Below are positions 62,137 to 64,000 of a stretch of DNA of 64,000 bases, piece after piece. A program made the position numbers and the translations under genes. The notes beneath the pieces were generated by a model, which worked only from the letters and a program-made list of their open reading frames with translations, had not been told where the DNA came from and did not search any database. Location: assembly GCF_000002865.3 (NCBI RefSeq), contig NW_001865066.1, forward strand, positions 274,005 to 338,004. Reading direction: 5' to 3'. Position 1 is the first letter of the stretch, and every line of letters begins with the position of its first letter. This DNA is from Monosiga brevicollis MX1. Taxonomy: Eukaryota.

Positions 62137-63376
62137 ATGATGCGAGGGGCAGCGGCTCGACAGTCGGGCAGCCAGGAGCGGGTGGAGGAGGGGGAGGGGG
62201 GTCAGGAGGGGGGTGGAGGACAAGAGGAAGAGATTGAGGCCCCCCTGGTGTTTCAGTGTGATGGCTGTCGACGAATCGTGGGAGATTCTTTCAACTGGGT
62301 TGATTCGAATCAAGAGCTCAACGTGATTACCCTTTCCCGTAAGTGGTGTTGGGGCGCAGGAGCAGTGTGCGCGAGCAGCTTGATCCTGCTTGCTCGCCCA
62401 CAGCCTTTCCCCTCTTTCAAACTCTCAGCTGAACTGCGAGGCAGAGGAAAGGACACAGGGCAAAGGACAAAGCATAAAGAATGTTGAGATTAACTTGGTG
62501 ACTCTACACCGCCCTTGTGAATCGTGGACTAGGCGCACCAGAGTCGTTGCGGGTCATGGAGCGGATGGAAACAAGTACACAAGGACCCGACCTCGGCAGT
62601 ACCTATCGGTACTTTCTCTGTGCGTGTGGCATGAACCTAGGCCGCATTTACCATACCACACCGCCGCAGCTCGATTATTTGAGGTTTGTCCTCACCATGT
62701 CGCTGGTCTGTCGATTCCGATTGGAAGCGCGTGTGGATGTCCCCTTCACGCGGTCCATGGAACTCCGGTGGTTTGTAGAGGGTTCTACACGTATGACCTC
62801 AAGGCACTTCAAAGGTATGCGCCCGGGTCCACTCGGTCCTGAAGCTGGGGCCAGAGTAGCGGGGTGTATATAGCATGCCCGGGCGAGAGGGGAGGGAACG
62901 TGTAGTCCGTGTGTCATCCGCTTTGACTGACTGGTACACGTCCTGCAGTTACACCCTGGGCACTGGCAGTCCAGAACAGGAAGTCGGGCAACAAGCATCC
63001 CTCCTCACGCGCAGTATTGATGAAGTACGTATGCTTGTGTGTGAGCCCTGAGCCTGGAAACCGTGTGCCTTTTTTATTTCATTTTTATACATTTTTTCTT
63101 CGGGCGGCGGCCGCACGAGCAAGATTTCCCGCACTCTTCGTTTGGTCACGTTTGACCGTTTTTGGCATTGCCTTTGACTTATGACTGTGGTTTGGGTTGT
63201 GGCAGTTGCGGAACGAGGTCGGGGAGGCGCTTCAACAGCACGAAGAGGGGCTAGAAGAACTACGGGAGGCTGTCTTGGACCTGCAGGCACGTTGGGAGCG
63301 CCACGAAACCAAGCGCGCACCAACCAGCACCCCCACCGCAACGCCGAGTCGTCGCAAGCACGCCAAGCGTACATAG
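62137..63376 (+). CDS. MIS18: Centromere licensing factor Mis18 (Yippee-Mis18 zinc domain + coiled coil)
   Basis: PLVFQCDGCRRIVGDSFNWV...GSTYRYFLCACGMNLGRIYHTTPPQLDYLR|GFYTYD..|SYTLG, then coiled coil LRNEVGEALQQHEEGLEELREAVLDLQ...KRT*. Confidence 0.88.
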
Positions 63377-64000
63377 TCTTGCCTTTCTCTACGACTTGCT
63401 CTGTGATTTGGCAGCAGTTGTCAATTGATTTCAAAGGGGGAAAATAGCAGACCGTTCACATTTCCACACGAATACTTTGGTCGTTAATGGGGGAAACCAC
63501 CGCCGGACCATTCACATTGACACATGAATACTTTGGTCGTTAGCTGTCACGCGTTGCCACTCGCGATATTCAACATCATCCGCGGGTGTCAACAGCATGA
63601 AAGCTGACGATCATGCACGCCACGTTGCTGCCAGGCGTTGCCATGAACATAGAAGTTCGGACAAAAAAAATGATCATGCCAACGCACGGCATCTTCGCCA
63701 GTTCGTATCGCACTCAAAGGTCAAGTCAAGCTTGCCATTTGCTTACCCATGCCTGTCATTTAGATGCATTTGGCTGATCGAGCCACATGGAGGGCCAACA
63801 AGATACATCTCAACGGCACGCATGGGCAAGCAAGGGCAAGCAACGCACGACTTCCATGGCCAGGCGATTACTTAGTGGTGCGTTTCAACTTGTGAAGGAG
63901 ATCCTTGGCTGCCCGTTGATCAGCGTCGCGTTTCGTCGCGGCTGACCCCACGCCCAAAAAAACTTGATTGCGGGATTTCACATAGACACCGATGGACCGG

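Overview
Gene-dense, intron-rich eukaryotic DNA with short GT-AG introns, roughly mid-50s % GC by eye, many CT/AG and CA/TG microsatellites and one 340-N gap. The gene content (cadherin, LASP-like, Bicaudal-C-like and CCDC50-like genes in a compact genome) suggests a unicellular holozoan, most likely a choanoflagellate such as Monosiga; this is inference. I spliced about 22 protein-coding genes by hand: CCDC50-like, UPF3, COPS4, SRFBP1/BUD22, MRPL17, a Pro-rich orphan, a PH protein, LASP-like, a Ser-rich orphan, BICC1-like, a cadherin, eIF5A, a RIM2/SLC25A36 carrier, NUP35, a PP2C, an LRR-SAM protein, a phosphagen kinase, TIMMDC1, TTC1, a YTHDC2-like helicase and Mis18, plus a partial gene at the left edge. 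There is also a tRNA-Glu(CTC) and a decayed transposase-like fragment. Best novelty candidate: a single-pass cadherin whose cytoplasmic tail splices in phase into a neuronal-calcium-sensor/KChIP-like EF-hand domain (29193-~33145, minus). Next: a signal-peptide LRR-SAM protein ending in VDELR, and a phosphagen kinase fused to an RIIa/DPY30-type docking domain. Family calls rest on recognised motifs, not database searches, and several gene starts are approximate.
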